From the NCBI RefSeq assembly GCF_009834535.1, contig NC_045696.1, positions 5,582,001 through 5,646,000 on the forward strand: DNA of 64,000 bases. The letters run 5' to 3'. The notes under the pieces were generated by a model that saw only the letters and a list, made by a program, of their open reading frames with translations, searched no databases and had not been told where the DNA came from. Of this stretch, positions 38,817 to 52,549 are shown in pieces. This DNA comes from Camelus ferus. Lineage: Eukaryota. Numbering within the stretch: the stretch's first letter is position 1; every line of letters starts with the position of its first letter. Made by a program: the position numbers and the translations under genes.

Positions 38817-40675
38817 TAACATTTACATTTTTAATTCATCTAACATTTATTCAAGTATAAAAAATGAAATAAGGATTCATTTTTGTTTTGATTTCCAGAC
38901 GGATGTATAGCCCATTGCCACTCACTCTCATTTCCTGAATGTCTGCTTCTCTCCACCTTTATCTTATGCTAGGTTTGCACATGGATTTGTTTCTGTTTCT
39001 GAACTCTTTATCTCATTACATTGCTTTATCTATTCAAGCACTGGTATCCAGCTCTGTTAATGACTGTAGCTTTATATCTCAGTATCTGATAGAGGTCGTC
39101 CCTTCTCATCATTTTTTCAAATTCCTTTGTGTTCTCTCATATTTATTTTTCATATTCATAATTATATAAATTTAGGATAATTCTGTCAAATTCCTAAAAA
39201 ATTACTCTTGACATCTTTACTAGGAGTATTTTGATTATGTAGATTAAATTAGGGAGAATTTACATCTTTATCCCCTTGGTCCTTCTTATTTATATAAGAA
39301 CACAATATGTCTTTCCACTCACATAAATCTTCTTTTATTTCTTTCAGTTGTTTTAGAGTTTTCTTTGTATTATTTGAATTAACCTGTCTAGTTAATTAGT
39401 TTTTAGCTGATAAGTGGGAGCTCTTCATCTATTTTCTAAGTCATTTTAATTAATATATAGAAAGATTGATTTTTATATCTAATAGCCTATAGTTTTATTG
39501 AATTCTCTTTATAGTGTTGTGTGGGGCTTTCTAAGTTTTAAATCATGTTATGTGCACATAATAAATAATTTGCCTTTTCTTTTCCAGTATTTACACCTGT
39601 AATTTCTTTCTCATGTCTAATTTCATTGGCTAGTACCTCCAGAAAAATATTAATTAATTAACAGAAGTGGTAGTTGGCATTTCTATCTTAACCCTTACAA
39701 CAATGTAAATTAATGTTTCACTTTTAAGCATGCGGTTATCTTTTAGTTTGAGATAGGTATTTCTTTATCATATTGGGAAAGCATTCGTTTAGGGCATTTT
39801 GAGTTGGGACAGCAGTAGCGAGAAGTTTGCCAGGAGTAGTGGATATGGAGACAGGAATTAAGGAAACAGAGGCACCTTGAACACTAATTTATTTCATCGA
39901 TGTTTGTTGAACCCTTACTATTTCCCAGGGACTCTTCTGGGCACAGGGGATGCGGCAGTAGACAGAACAGTCAACAGTACCGCCACCATGACGCGTACAG
40001 TTCAGTGGGGCGTTCAGGCAACGTTCAGGCAACTAAATAAGTAAAATACATACATTAGATTGATGCTATGTGCTAAGAGGAAAAAGAAAGTGGGAAAGAG
40101 ACTAGGAAGTGTTGAGAATGGGTGAGAAAAGAGGGAAATCTTGTAAGTCGCACTGCTGTTTCCCATGAAGCAGGACTGGTGAAGAATAATACAGTTTCCC
40201 ACCCACACAATAGTTGGGGCTGGGAAACGGTCGTAACCAAAACTAAATGGTCCCTGTGAAGTATTATAACTTTGCTACAGAATATTTACCTTTAAGAATT
40301 AGGATTTTCTATAACACAAAATCCAAAACCTTTCCTTACTCATGTTCAACTTTGTACTGGAAAGAAGGCACAGGTGAGCCATGTGAATCTTTTGTTTTAT
40401 GCCCCAAATTTTGAGAGGCCCTGCTCTGTTGGGGCACCTTCACATCTTGTTTCAGCAGGACTGTTTGATAATTACAACCAAAAATTTTTCAATCAGTTGC
40501 CAGCAGCTGATTCACTTTGATAGAGAAAAAGCCTTACAGGGTATGAAGTATGAAGCAATCCATATGCAAATAAATGTACACAGATTGATACTGGTTCACA
40601 TTTTTGTTCTTCTTCTTCTTACATAAATGTTTATTTGTGAGCTTTTAACATTTTCCTTTTGTAATATCATTCTAG

Positions 40676-40831
40676 GTTTTTTGAAATACATTATTTTCTT
40701 AAAAAGAGACCAAAGCATGTCCATAAACACTACCCTGGAAACCTCATAAATACTACAGTGTGAAGAACCCTCCTCTCAGAACATAAAGTTGATCCTCATA
40801 CATCTTAGGGACATTTGGTAACAAACGGCAG
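40676..40831 (+). other. LCA5L: Probable LCA5L 5'-UTR exon (156 nt)
   Basis: Acceptor ttttccttttgtaatatcattctag|G and donor CAG|gtatgc in non-repetitive sequence upstream of the ATG exon. Confidence 0.6.
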
Positions 40832-41876
40832 GTATGCATTAGTTCCTTTTAAAATGTGTTTGCACATGTTTATTTTTGGTCTGCCCTGTTATAAGAGCAA
40901 AATTGAAGGCAATTACACAATGTTGTAATACTCAGAATTATTCAGATATATATCTTGATCTTGAACATTCTTATTTCCCATTCTATAATTAAGTGAATAA
41001 TTATAATAAAAATTATAATATAGTTAATGATAAACAAAAACTATAATAAAAATAATTAACTGAATGTGATATACACATTTATTGTACGTATAAGTGGCCA
41101 TCCTTTTTCCCCATGGTGCGTGCATGCCAGAAAGGATGCATCATCGACAGGATCATGTCCTTCCATTAGTGTTTTCACCTGTGGGTCGTACTCCTCAGTC
41201 CGACGGACAGCAAGGAAACTGCTATGAGCCCTAAAATGATAGGAACATAATGAAATCATGCCTCAAGTGCAATAAAATGGGTACAGTTATGCTGTAAACA
41301 CTGTTCAAAATATAGATGCTGCCAAAAAAATCTGAACTCCACACTGTCATAAATTTGATATATCAAAAACTAGTATGCTAAGTACATAGTGAGCACTAAT
41401 TACTAACTTTATTTTCAAATCCTTGAAGACAGAGTTTGCCTTCTTCCTAACCCCAGTACCTGGAAGACACTGAATAAATGTTCCTTAACTGAACACTTTA
41501 AATTAATTAGCCAATTAATTAGGTGGTTGGCTTAAAACCTAGATTTTTCAATAATACACCACAAAATCAGAAATCTATATGTGTGGAGACTGCCTACATT
41601 TTTTACTGATAACAATGTGGTGTAGCCTATTTTTATTACTACAAAGACACTCTAAAACAACTTAATCAACGTAAAAGTGTAGTTATAGACCTGATATTAG
41701 TCATCAATCAATTTTTAACAGCCCAATGAAAAAACCACCGTTTAACAGACTGAATATTCCAGAGAGCTGCTTGATGCTTTCAAGGTACATCTCATTCTGA
41801 CTAGTAATAGCCAATTGTCGAGCAGGAAAGATTACAAGCAATTTTGCTACCAAGGCTTCTTCTCACTGAGACATTT

Positions 41877-42566
41877 ATTTTTTATTTTATTTTATTTTAT
41901 TTTATTGAGTTATAGTCAGTTTACAATGTTGTGTCAACTTCCAGTGTAGAGCACAATTTTTCAGTTATACATGAACAAACAACATTCATTGTCACATTCT
42001 TTTTTACTGTGAGCTACTACAAAATCTTGCATATATTTCCCTGTGCTATACAGTATAATCTTGTTTATCTACTCTATATATACCTGTCAGTATCTACAAA
42101 TTTCAAACTCAGTCTGTCCCTTTCCACCCCTCTCCCCTCTGGCAACCACAAGTTTGTATTCTACGTCTGTGAGTCTGTTTCTGTTTTGTATTTATGTTCA
42201 TTTGTCTCCTTCTTTTCTTTCTTCTTTTTTTTTTTTTTAGATTCCACATATGAGCGATTTCATATTGTGTTTTTCTTTCTCTTTCTGGTTTATGTCACTT
42301 AGAATGACATCCTCCAGGGACATCCATGTTGCTGCAAATAGCGTTATGCTGTCATTTTTATGGCTGAATAGTATTTCATTGCATAAATACCACATCTTCT
42401 TTATCCAGTCACCTGTCAATGGACATTTAGGCTGTTTCCATGTCTTGGCTATTGTAAATAGTGCTGCTTTGAACACTGGGGTGCAGGTGTCATTTTGAAG
42501 TAGGGTTCCTTCTGGATATATGCCCAGGAGCGGGATTACTGGGTCATATGGTAAGTCTATTCCTAG
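41877..42566 (-). mobile_element. Young 5'-truncated L1 (690 bp)
   Basis: Perfect 14-bp TSD tcactgagacattt at 41863 and 42567, TT/AAAA endonuclease site, (TTTTA)n tail, ORF2 C-terminal ORF 42237..42476. Confidence 0.95.
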
Positions 42567-43282
42567 TCACTGAGACATTTTTAATTGTGATATTTCAAAC
42601 ATTTTAAAAGAACTACAGTTACTGTCTCCTTGCTATAGAGACTGTGCAAAATAGAGACCCACAGGGGACAGTGCAGCCCTCAACAGAGGCCATGACTCTT
42701 GCCAATCCACAGGGAGGGGGCAACGAAGCCTTTAAATGCCCCTCTCTTACAGCTAACCCTAGACAGCCTTCCGTCTGGGTGCATTTTCATCTGGTACAAC
42801 TGTTTTAGGAGAGATGTTTATAGACATTAAGGTTTATGTGGCTCCGATGGATTTCCATTAGAGTTTTTCTCCCTTTTTCTGTGTTACATCAATGTTTGTT
42901 AAAGTGAGAGACCAGGATGGCTAGTTTTCTACTGTATCAGCCATGGGGCAGTCAAAGCTCATTTTGATGACCATGTGATTCGGATGGAGGGTTTTTTAAT
43001 TATAGGGGGGTAGGACCACATCCTCCTACCTCAACATTCTAATCTAGGAGTGGAGACGACACCTCCCCACCCTGACCTCCTTACCTTCGTCATCTCACTG
43101 TTCCTACCAAGTCTGACAAATGAAGGAATAAGTGGTTATTTTCACATATTCTAGGATTTTGAAACAATGAAAAGCCACGTAGCAAGTAATTCCCATAGGC
43201 TTCCCATAAGTCTTGACACAATTTAACATTGCGAGATTGCAATGATAAACAAATTGGATCAAACTAGGTCTGTTTGGGGTCA

Positions 43283-43520
43283 AGCAGTATGTGTAATGAA
43301 AGGAAGGTTAAAGGCAGACAGACCTGGATCCAGAGCCTGGTTCTTCCCAGTCACTGGCTTTGTGACCTCAGACGAGTTACTTCATCATTCTGAGCCTTCG
43401 TTTGCATCCATAAAGTAGAGTTAATGATACCTACTTCACTGAGCTGTTGTCATGATTAATTAAGCAGTGTATGTTAGCTCCTACCTCCATGCTCGGCATA
43501 CAGTAGGTGATGGCGGTGGC
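43283..43520 (+). mobile_element. MIR
   Basis: AGACAGACCTGG...TGTGACCTC...CTGAGCCTTCGTTTGCATCCATAAA. Confidence 0.7.
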
Positions 43521-43789
43521 GTGGCCATCATTCGGGCATTTACAGATACTGCCTGTGGGGCAGCACTCTGCTGGGCTTGAAGTCACAACAGGAACAAGGC
43601 CCAGTCTCTGTCTGCAGGGAGTCTTCAATCAGATGGGATTGGTCAAGTTGCTGTCCCCGGGAAAACAGTAGAGGGGCAAATAGACTGACTCCTGTCTGCA
43701 CCTCCCACACGAAGACGCCAGCAGTGCCCTTGATGGTCCTGGCATTTGCCCCAGAATTCCTCTTGCAAGAGGAGAAACCAGTATTTGTT

Positions 43790-43960
43790 GATTGCTTACT
43801 ATGTGACAGGCACTGTGATTCCAACACTGTCTTACTTCCCCCTTTAACAGCCCTAAAAAATCGCTGTTGTTCGTCACATTTTACAGATGGCCAAGGTCAT
43901 TTAACTAAGTAAATGACAGGCCAAGGTTCAAACCCACGTCAGTCTGCCTTCAAATGTCTG
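43790..43960 (-). mobile_element. MIR
   Basis: TTACTATGTGACAGGCACTG...CATTTTACAGATG...CCAAGGTCA. Confidence 0.65.
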
Positions 43961-46747
43961 TCACCTTCCGCTCTGTCACACTCCCACTCTTGCAGCTGTT
44001 GGACAACTTGGGACTGTCACACGGAGAGCACTCGAAGTAAGCCTTTATCCTCCAAGGCGGGCACGAGAAGGCATGTTCTAGGCTGGGGAAGAAGGAGGGG
44101 GTTTTGACGGGGCTTCAGCAGGAAGGGTCATCTGAAGGGTAGCTTGTGTCAGGAACAGCTGGTCAAAGACAAATTCTTACAGATTAGCAACCACTTTGGG
44201 GCAACCTGGATTCCTCAAGGTGGGTGGGGAGGAAATTAGGGGCTGAGGTCATGAGCAAGAGGGTGAGGAGGAACAGCTCCGAGGGACGAGGACAGGCGAG
44301 GCTGCGAGGGCTACAGCAGAACGTTTTTGGTCCCTCGGGGTCTCTTACATCAATATCCGGGTCTCTTCTTAACCCAGATGCAAAGCTTCAAAATTGAGGG
44401 TTTTGCCTGTGCTTCCGCCCAGTTACACGGCAGAATGTGTCTGGAAGGATGGATTCTGTGCTGTAGGATTGTGTGGTGTTACCACCAATGTGTTGTTCGC
44501 AGTCATGATGCCTAATGAAAAAAGTCCTGACCCTGAAGCTGGAAAACATGGACAGTCGCTTCCCCTGCCCGAGCCTGTTCCCTTTCTGCGCTTAGTATGA
44601 GATGGTGTGGACGTGGTTGGTAGAAACGCACTAGTTAAATATTAAGTACAGTGCTAGTATCACTAATATTGCATGGGCTAAGATTCCTGTAGTAGGGAGA
44701 TTATGAACTGCCTGATGTATTTCATCAGAAGAGGAGAAACCTTGAGGGTCGATCAGATGCAGAAAGAGGCAGAAACTGATTAACAGGAAAAACCTCTCAG
44801 CAGAGGGAGTGATATTTGACCCCTCTTAGGAAGGATCTGATGCCAGCTAATTTCTCTCTTACTTTCTTGATAAAATAGGAGAATTCAAAGTACTGAGTGA
44901 AAAGATAACCCTTTTAAAGACCCCTGGGAGATGGATTACTTTGTTTCAATTGTGGTTGAGGTCGACTCATATAAAAGGGATTCTGGTGGCAGCATTACAG
45001 AGAAACGCGGAGCCATCTGGTGTGTAACTAAACCAGGGTATATTACTTATTTACGGGGAGTATATATTTGAAGTCCTTCTGTGCTTGATTTCCTATTCTC
45101 TGCATTTTAAATTCTCACTTTGGACAACTAAGAGGGCGTATCAGCAGTGTCAGGAGTCAGTGTGCACTGGAATCCACTATTTGTAAATTTTCAAGGATCA
45201 GGACCGGTGACAAGCTCTCTTGTAGCCGTCTTGAGCTATCGTGGAGCTGCACTGTGTTCTTCAGAGATAACTTTTGTATGAAACTTTTGGATTGTTAGAG
45301 AGTGTGTATTTAACTGTGGGCTGTCACCTCTCCCAGAGTCCTTAGACTGTGGGGACAACACAGTGTAGTATTGCAGACCCCCTGCAAGTGTGGGAGAGTT
45401 TGTGCAAAACACATGAGAGACATTACCATCTAGCCTTGTCTGTGCACAGATTATTCAGCTCCATCAACTTTGATACCACCGCCTATGCCCTATACCAAGA
45501 ATTTAAAGTGGACATGAAACACCATAATATTTTTCCACTGAATTTTAAGCGAGGTGCTAGGAGCAAAAAGTTGAAGAGTTATTTTAGCTACATAGAACCC
45601 AGAAGCATCTGTGGAAGTTGCTTTGGGGATGAATTCACTAAACTAAAATATTCCTGATCTGTAAATTAAGAACTACTATGTTTAAATTACTGTAAATGTA
45701 CTTAATTATAATCAAATTCACCCTAAATAAAAGCAGTGCGACTCCATGTACATCTTAATGCAGTTAGTTTTTAGAAATTAGGATCACAGCATCAAACTTC
45801 ATTTTCATTTTTGGCTTTTAAACACATTTCTTTGAAGGCTACCTTACTCTACTATTGTTTTGTTCCCAAAAAAGATTTTGATTTTTCACATTGAACAGTT
45901 AAATTTTTCATAATTAAACAGACTGACTTTTGAATTTCCCAAATCCATTATTTATAAAAGTTTGGGGTTTGTATGGATGAAAATCTGGTCAGGTCTTTAT
46001 TAAATAAACGTAAATTTTCCATGGGGTGGATTTCCTTCCAAAGGTTCCAAGCCCCAGATGATTTTCCCAGGGAGGCTGGCATGTTCTGAACTGTTTCTTC
46101 TGTTGTCACATGGGACATAATCAGGGAGGTCATATTCATGTCAGAAGAGTTTAAATGAAGGTTAGAAAGGAAAGCAAATTTCCTGAATTAAAGTATAAAG
46201 AACTTTATAATCATGGATCAAGTTTACAACCCACTATTAACTAAGAGTTTAATTTCAAAACAAACAGCAGCTCTAGAAAACTAGTAAATTAATTATATTC
46301 TACTCTATTTATTTAATCTCCGAAGTATGTGATTTCATCATTAGTAAATAAAAATGTGTGTATCTCCACAAATATGTTCAAATTTCCTTAAATGCTGCAT
46401 TTCACAGCAGCCCTCCAAACTTAGCAAATACTGTCATTGTCTTCAGTTCTGATCAAGGCAGAAAATCCCAACCAACAGCCAGCTTTGGAGAATGAGACTG
46501 TAATTCACTCACTTATAAATCGTAGTCACTGCTGTTATCCAGTGTGAACTTTATATTTCCTGTGAATGTAATCGCACCAAAGTTCAGTCTCAGGAGTCAT
46601 ATTTTATGTAGAAAAAAATATAAAAACCAAATTGAAAATTTTTCCAGAAAATACTTCAGAATAATGTGTTGTCTTGCATTCCTGATTACGCATTTCTAAA
46701 TATAATAAAGCATAGGTTCATTTGACTGTCAATAGCTGTAAATCTAA

Positions 46748-47248
<501 letters not shown>

Positions 47249-48229
47249 TGAGGAAATAGAGAAATTAAGGATAATTACAAAAGAATGGAAAGCTAGGCTC
47301 AGAATGTAGAGCCTAGCCCCCGGCACGACTTCCCGTCCTGCAGCCTACTAGCGAGGTTGGTTCCGTTTTCAGTTAACAGGAGGCTGTGTTGCAGAGTACC
47401 GCAGTACCTGGATTTCGCTGGGTTTCTGCCTTTCATCTCAGCTGAAGGATCAAGGTTTGCATCACCAATGAAATGTAAATATCTGTCTCAACAGCCCAGG
47501 AAGATGGTCTTCGAGTCCGGTGAGGCATATTGGCAAAGACGATCTTTAGAAAGAGAGTTGGTTCAAAAGGCTGTTAATAATGTCATTTCCTTGTAGATTT
47601 TAAAAGTGCCAACACCATCAGCTCCTAATGGTCCAAACTGGGATGGGCTGTGTGATATCCTCAATCTGCTCGCTCTCCTGACCTCCTGCCCAGACTGTGA
47701 TTACTCACACGTGGGCAATCCTAGGCTTGTAAATAATCCCTATGTAGAGATAGCTGGAACTCTTTTCCCACTATGACCATAAGAATTGCCCCTAGTCTCC
47801 AGGCGGGAAATAAGAGCCTCCTCTCTGCGGGGCACATCTACTGTCAGGTTTACCCAGAGCCTGTCTCCCACCCCCAGCCTGCGATGACCAGCTGTGCCTG
47901 GGACCCCCTGTGCTACTGCTGGACCATCTAGACTCTCCAGTTCCCCTTATTCCTAGTTACAGAGCCAGGACTCCTAATCTAAGACCCATGTCTGGGGACC
48001 CCAGGAAATCCTTTGCATTTTTTGTCTCTGTTTGCATTTGTGAACTTTTCTAGGGAGAAGAGGACCCACAGTTTCCCTCCAAATTCTCAAAAAGTTAACA
48101 GACCTTTATCTCCAGAGGTGGGGGTCCCGCATCCCTGGCAAAGCCCAGGACGGAAGAGTCTGTTAGAAGTCTGTCTGGCCGTTTGTAGAGATTATCACAA
48201 CAGGACATACATCGTGCACAGTTAGATTC

Positions 48230-48546
48230 CACAGTTCGAATCCCTTATCTGGATCTGAAATTTACAAAGCTCTGAAAACCAAACGTCTTTCACATCTTTG
48301 GCACCAAAACTGATTTGGTAAAAAACCTAATTTGAACTGACATGAAACCGATCTTTATTAATTTCACTTAGAGTGAAATATAGTCATATATTTCACCACA
48401 GAAATCATCTTTGATGAAAGTACGCTGTCGCCAACCCTGCTGGGAGTACTATGGAAACACTATAGGTGCACCACAAAAAATAAACCCCCAAAATTCAGGA
48501 ACGCTCTGGCCCAGGGATTCATGACAAGGGCTCATCCAACAATGTA
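48230..48546. mobile_element. TcMar-Tigger-like DNA transposon remnant
   Basis: CAGTTCGAATCCCTTATC left end and a degenerate inverted right end (GACAAGGG...TGTA). Confidence 0.4.
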
Positions 48547-48599
48547 TTACATCTTCTACTGAGTCTAGACTCTCGGCTGTGATTTATAATAGAAATAAA

Positions 48600-48795
48600 T
48601 ACAGGTTTTAGTGTCAGAGAAGACCTTACTTTCCATTTGTTTTATGTCACTTTGTGGTTGGTTATGTAACCTTGGACAAATGACTTATCATCTCTAGCTA
48701 TAAAATGGACTACCACTGACCTTACAGAACTGTATTAAATGAGATAGCTAAATACAAATACCTGGCCTAAAGCACAGGTATTCATTAAATGTCAG
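48600..48795 (+). mobile_element. MIR
   Basis: TGTAACCTTGGACAAATGACTTA...CTATAAAATGG...ATTAAATGAGATA. Confidence 0.7.
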
Positions 48796-48912
48796 TTCCT
48801 TCCCCTTCCAGCTGGCGTGTGTCCGTGTGTATGTGAGTGGTGGTGGGGGGGGGGGTATTACACATACGTGTGTATTTATGGACCTACATATCTACAGACA
48901 TATCACTAGTAA

Positions 48913-49470
<558 letters not shown>

Positions 49471-51380
49471 TAGAAATGTTCAGTTTCCAAAATTAATATG
49501 AAGAGGGGGCACATTCATCATGCTTGCCCCCGTGGGGTGAAGCGTGACCAGCTGCTTTACTGGGCACAGCACACGGATGGTGGTGTCCGATGGGGAGGGG
49601 GGACAGCGAGGGCAGGGAGGAGAGGCAGAAACAGCTCCTTTTGTGGCTGGGCTCACTGTCTGGACATGACCGTTCTCCAGCAGTCCAGCTGCTGGTGTCA
49701 GGGGTGTCTGTTCGTGTGCTGAAGGGGTTTTGCTGGGTTGGGTTGTGTTGTGTGAAACCTCTCAGAAAGCAACCCTCTACTTCAAACTGCTTAGTAAAAG
49801 GCTCTTCCCTAAACCCTAAACTGCATCTCCTCAGCACCTCTCCTGGTACCCCCTCACCAGCTTGTCCAGCCACTACCACAGAGGCACTTCTGGTGTTTTA
49901 GAAACAGGAATTTTTCCCAAATAATATCCCTGGGAACAAATATGGAAAAGGAATTTAAATCATTGAAGAAATGAATAGATTGATATTCCTCAGCCGTGTC
50001 CGGCTGTCAAAAGCTTGGGGATTATGTTATGAAGGGTAATTTGGGAGAAACGCGTCAGTTATATTGAGAATTCTGCCTGTTTTACACTGGGTATTTTTTG
50101 GTCTCGATGGACATGAACATAAATGGAATCAATTTCCTGTTTAATTCCTTAGTGGTGAGAGACAAGTATTTTCTACGATCTTGAAGTAGTAAGAAGATAT
50201 CAAGTTCACTTTAACCCCTTTTTTATCTCAGTTATTTCTTCTTGGGTAAAAATCGTCCTCTGTTCTCACATAAAATGGACATGTGAGCTACAGAAAGTAA
50301 AGAGCAACCTCGTTTTTCAGTCATGTAACTACTAGACCAAAGTTCCGTTGTTTGGCCTTTCAGGTAAATTGGATTCATCTTAACATCTTCTGTCATGGAA
50401 CAGGAAGTGTGTTTCTCTCTCATCCGCAGATTTTGACACACACATGTTTAAGTAATTCCTGTTTTTATGCTGTCACCAAAGCCAAAAAGAATTCAAGAAC
50501 TAATTCGCTATTTTCCTGGCAGAAGCACTTGGTTGTATGGGAACTTTCATTTGGTTGTAGGGCATTTGGTGGGGGGAAAACGTTTGTGGGCTAAAACACA
50601 GGCATTTTTTAAAATACTAGTATTTCAGGAAGTGGGATTTTTTAGCAATTACTTCACCCTATTAGCTTACCATATTTCCCACTTTTCTTTAATGAGAAAG
50701 TATTAATGTTAGAATGGGGGAGACCACACTTTGTGGAAAAAAGGTAAAGAAAAGCCCTTTTAGCCAAGCTGCTGTCAAAATCCAGATCAAACAATTCTCC
50801 AGTAAGACAGGTCTCACCCCAGAGAGAAGGTGGCTATGCAGCAGTGAGTCCTGTGTGTTTGGAGACGGTCACTGTGCTAAATCAGTCCTTTTGCTGTCTT
50901 CTACTCCATCTAAGTGGTGTGGCTCTGAGTTCCGATCACAACCTCCAGTCTCAGTTCCGGGGAATCGTAGTCCCGGACGGTCTGCGCTGACACTGGTCAG
51001 CTCTGGCAAGAGAGGCTTGAAAGCCTTTTAGAGAGTGCGCTGTGCCAGGTCAGCAAAACACTTCGTTTCAACAGACCTGCTTTGGTTTAGTTTTAAAGTA
51101 AGACATTGATTACATTTACTGATTTTCAAGATCTGCTCAAAAAATTTTTTTATCAAGTGCAGAATGTAAAAACCATTAGGCCGGAAACATTTATTCTCTA
51201 AAGCTGGGACCAGGGGTTTTTCACTTTGTCGGGGGCAGGGGGGCTTTTTAGTTCTAATACACACCCTCTAGACAAGCCACCTACTAACATTGTATTAAAA
51301 TTTTGCTCTTTTCATACATGTAGTTAGTTCCATTACGTTTGAAGTTTTGTATAATGTTACATTGGTTCTAGAAGAGTTGA

Positions 51381-51614
<234 letters not shown>

Positions 51615-51917
51615 TAAATTGTAATTACTTGACTTTAGGAATATCTTTCTCAAATTAACTTTTTTCCCTACCATCATGTGAACAGATAGAGGATCTGAAA
51701 TTATTAGAATGAGTTAACAGCCTGGTGAGTATGTACTGTAATTAGAAAAATTAAAGCTCTAATCTATCATTAAAAAGACTTTATCATTTTATGTCATCAC
51801 ATGAAGTAATATTACTGGTTTTTGTTAACACTTTAGTGGAAACCCAAATAAGTTTTTCAATTAAAAAATTAACATTATTAAAATAGAGTAATTTTAGAGG
51901 CCCATAAATTCATTTTA

Positions 51918-52103
51918 TTTATTTTTTTATTTTTTTTTAATTGAAGTATAGTTGATTTACAATATTGTGTTAGTTTCAGGTATACAGCAAAGTGATTCAG
52001 TTATTTTTTTCAGGTTATTTTCCATTATAGGTTATTACAAGATATTGAATGCTGTTCTCAGTGCTATACAGTAAACCCTTTTAGCATATCTATTTTATAT
52101 ATA
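51918..52103 (-). mobile_element. Short L1 3' terminus with 15-bp TSD
   Basis: TSD cataaattcatttta at 51903 and 52104. Confidence 0.88.
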
Positions 52104-52170
52104 CATAAATTCATTTTACAGTCTCACTTGCCAATACGCTTGCAAAACTATCTTTTAAAGTGTGCTCTAA

Positions 52171-52549
52171 CTTGGAGGGTATTATGCTAAGTGAAACAAG
52201 TCAAATAAGAAAAAGACAAATACTGTATGAGATCACTTATATGTGGGATCTGAAAAATACAGCAAACTAGTGCACGTAACAAAAAAGACACAGAATCACA
52301 GATACAGAGAATAAATCGGTGGTTACCAGTGAGGGTGGGGGGTGGGGAGGGGCAGTCTGGGGTAGGGGAGTAGGAGGTTCAAACTCTTAGGTATAAAATA
52401 AGCTACAAGGATATATTGTACAACTTGGGGGATATAGCCAGTATTTTATAATAACTATAAATGCAGTATAACCTTTAAAAATTATGAATCACTGTATTAT
52501 ACACTTGTAATTTACATATTGCACAGCAACTATACTTCAATATTTTAAC
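52171..52549 (+). mobile_element. L1 3' UTR fragment with TSD
   Basis: TSD agtgtgctctaa at 52159 and 52550; ends CAACTATACTTCAA. Confidence 0.88.

Noticed and set aside
40290..40357. Two tiny minus-strand AG...GT units (17 and 19 nt)
   Set aside because: Too close together for an intervening intron, with no supporting frame; likely chance.
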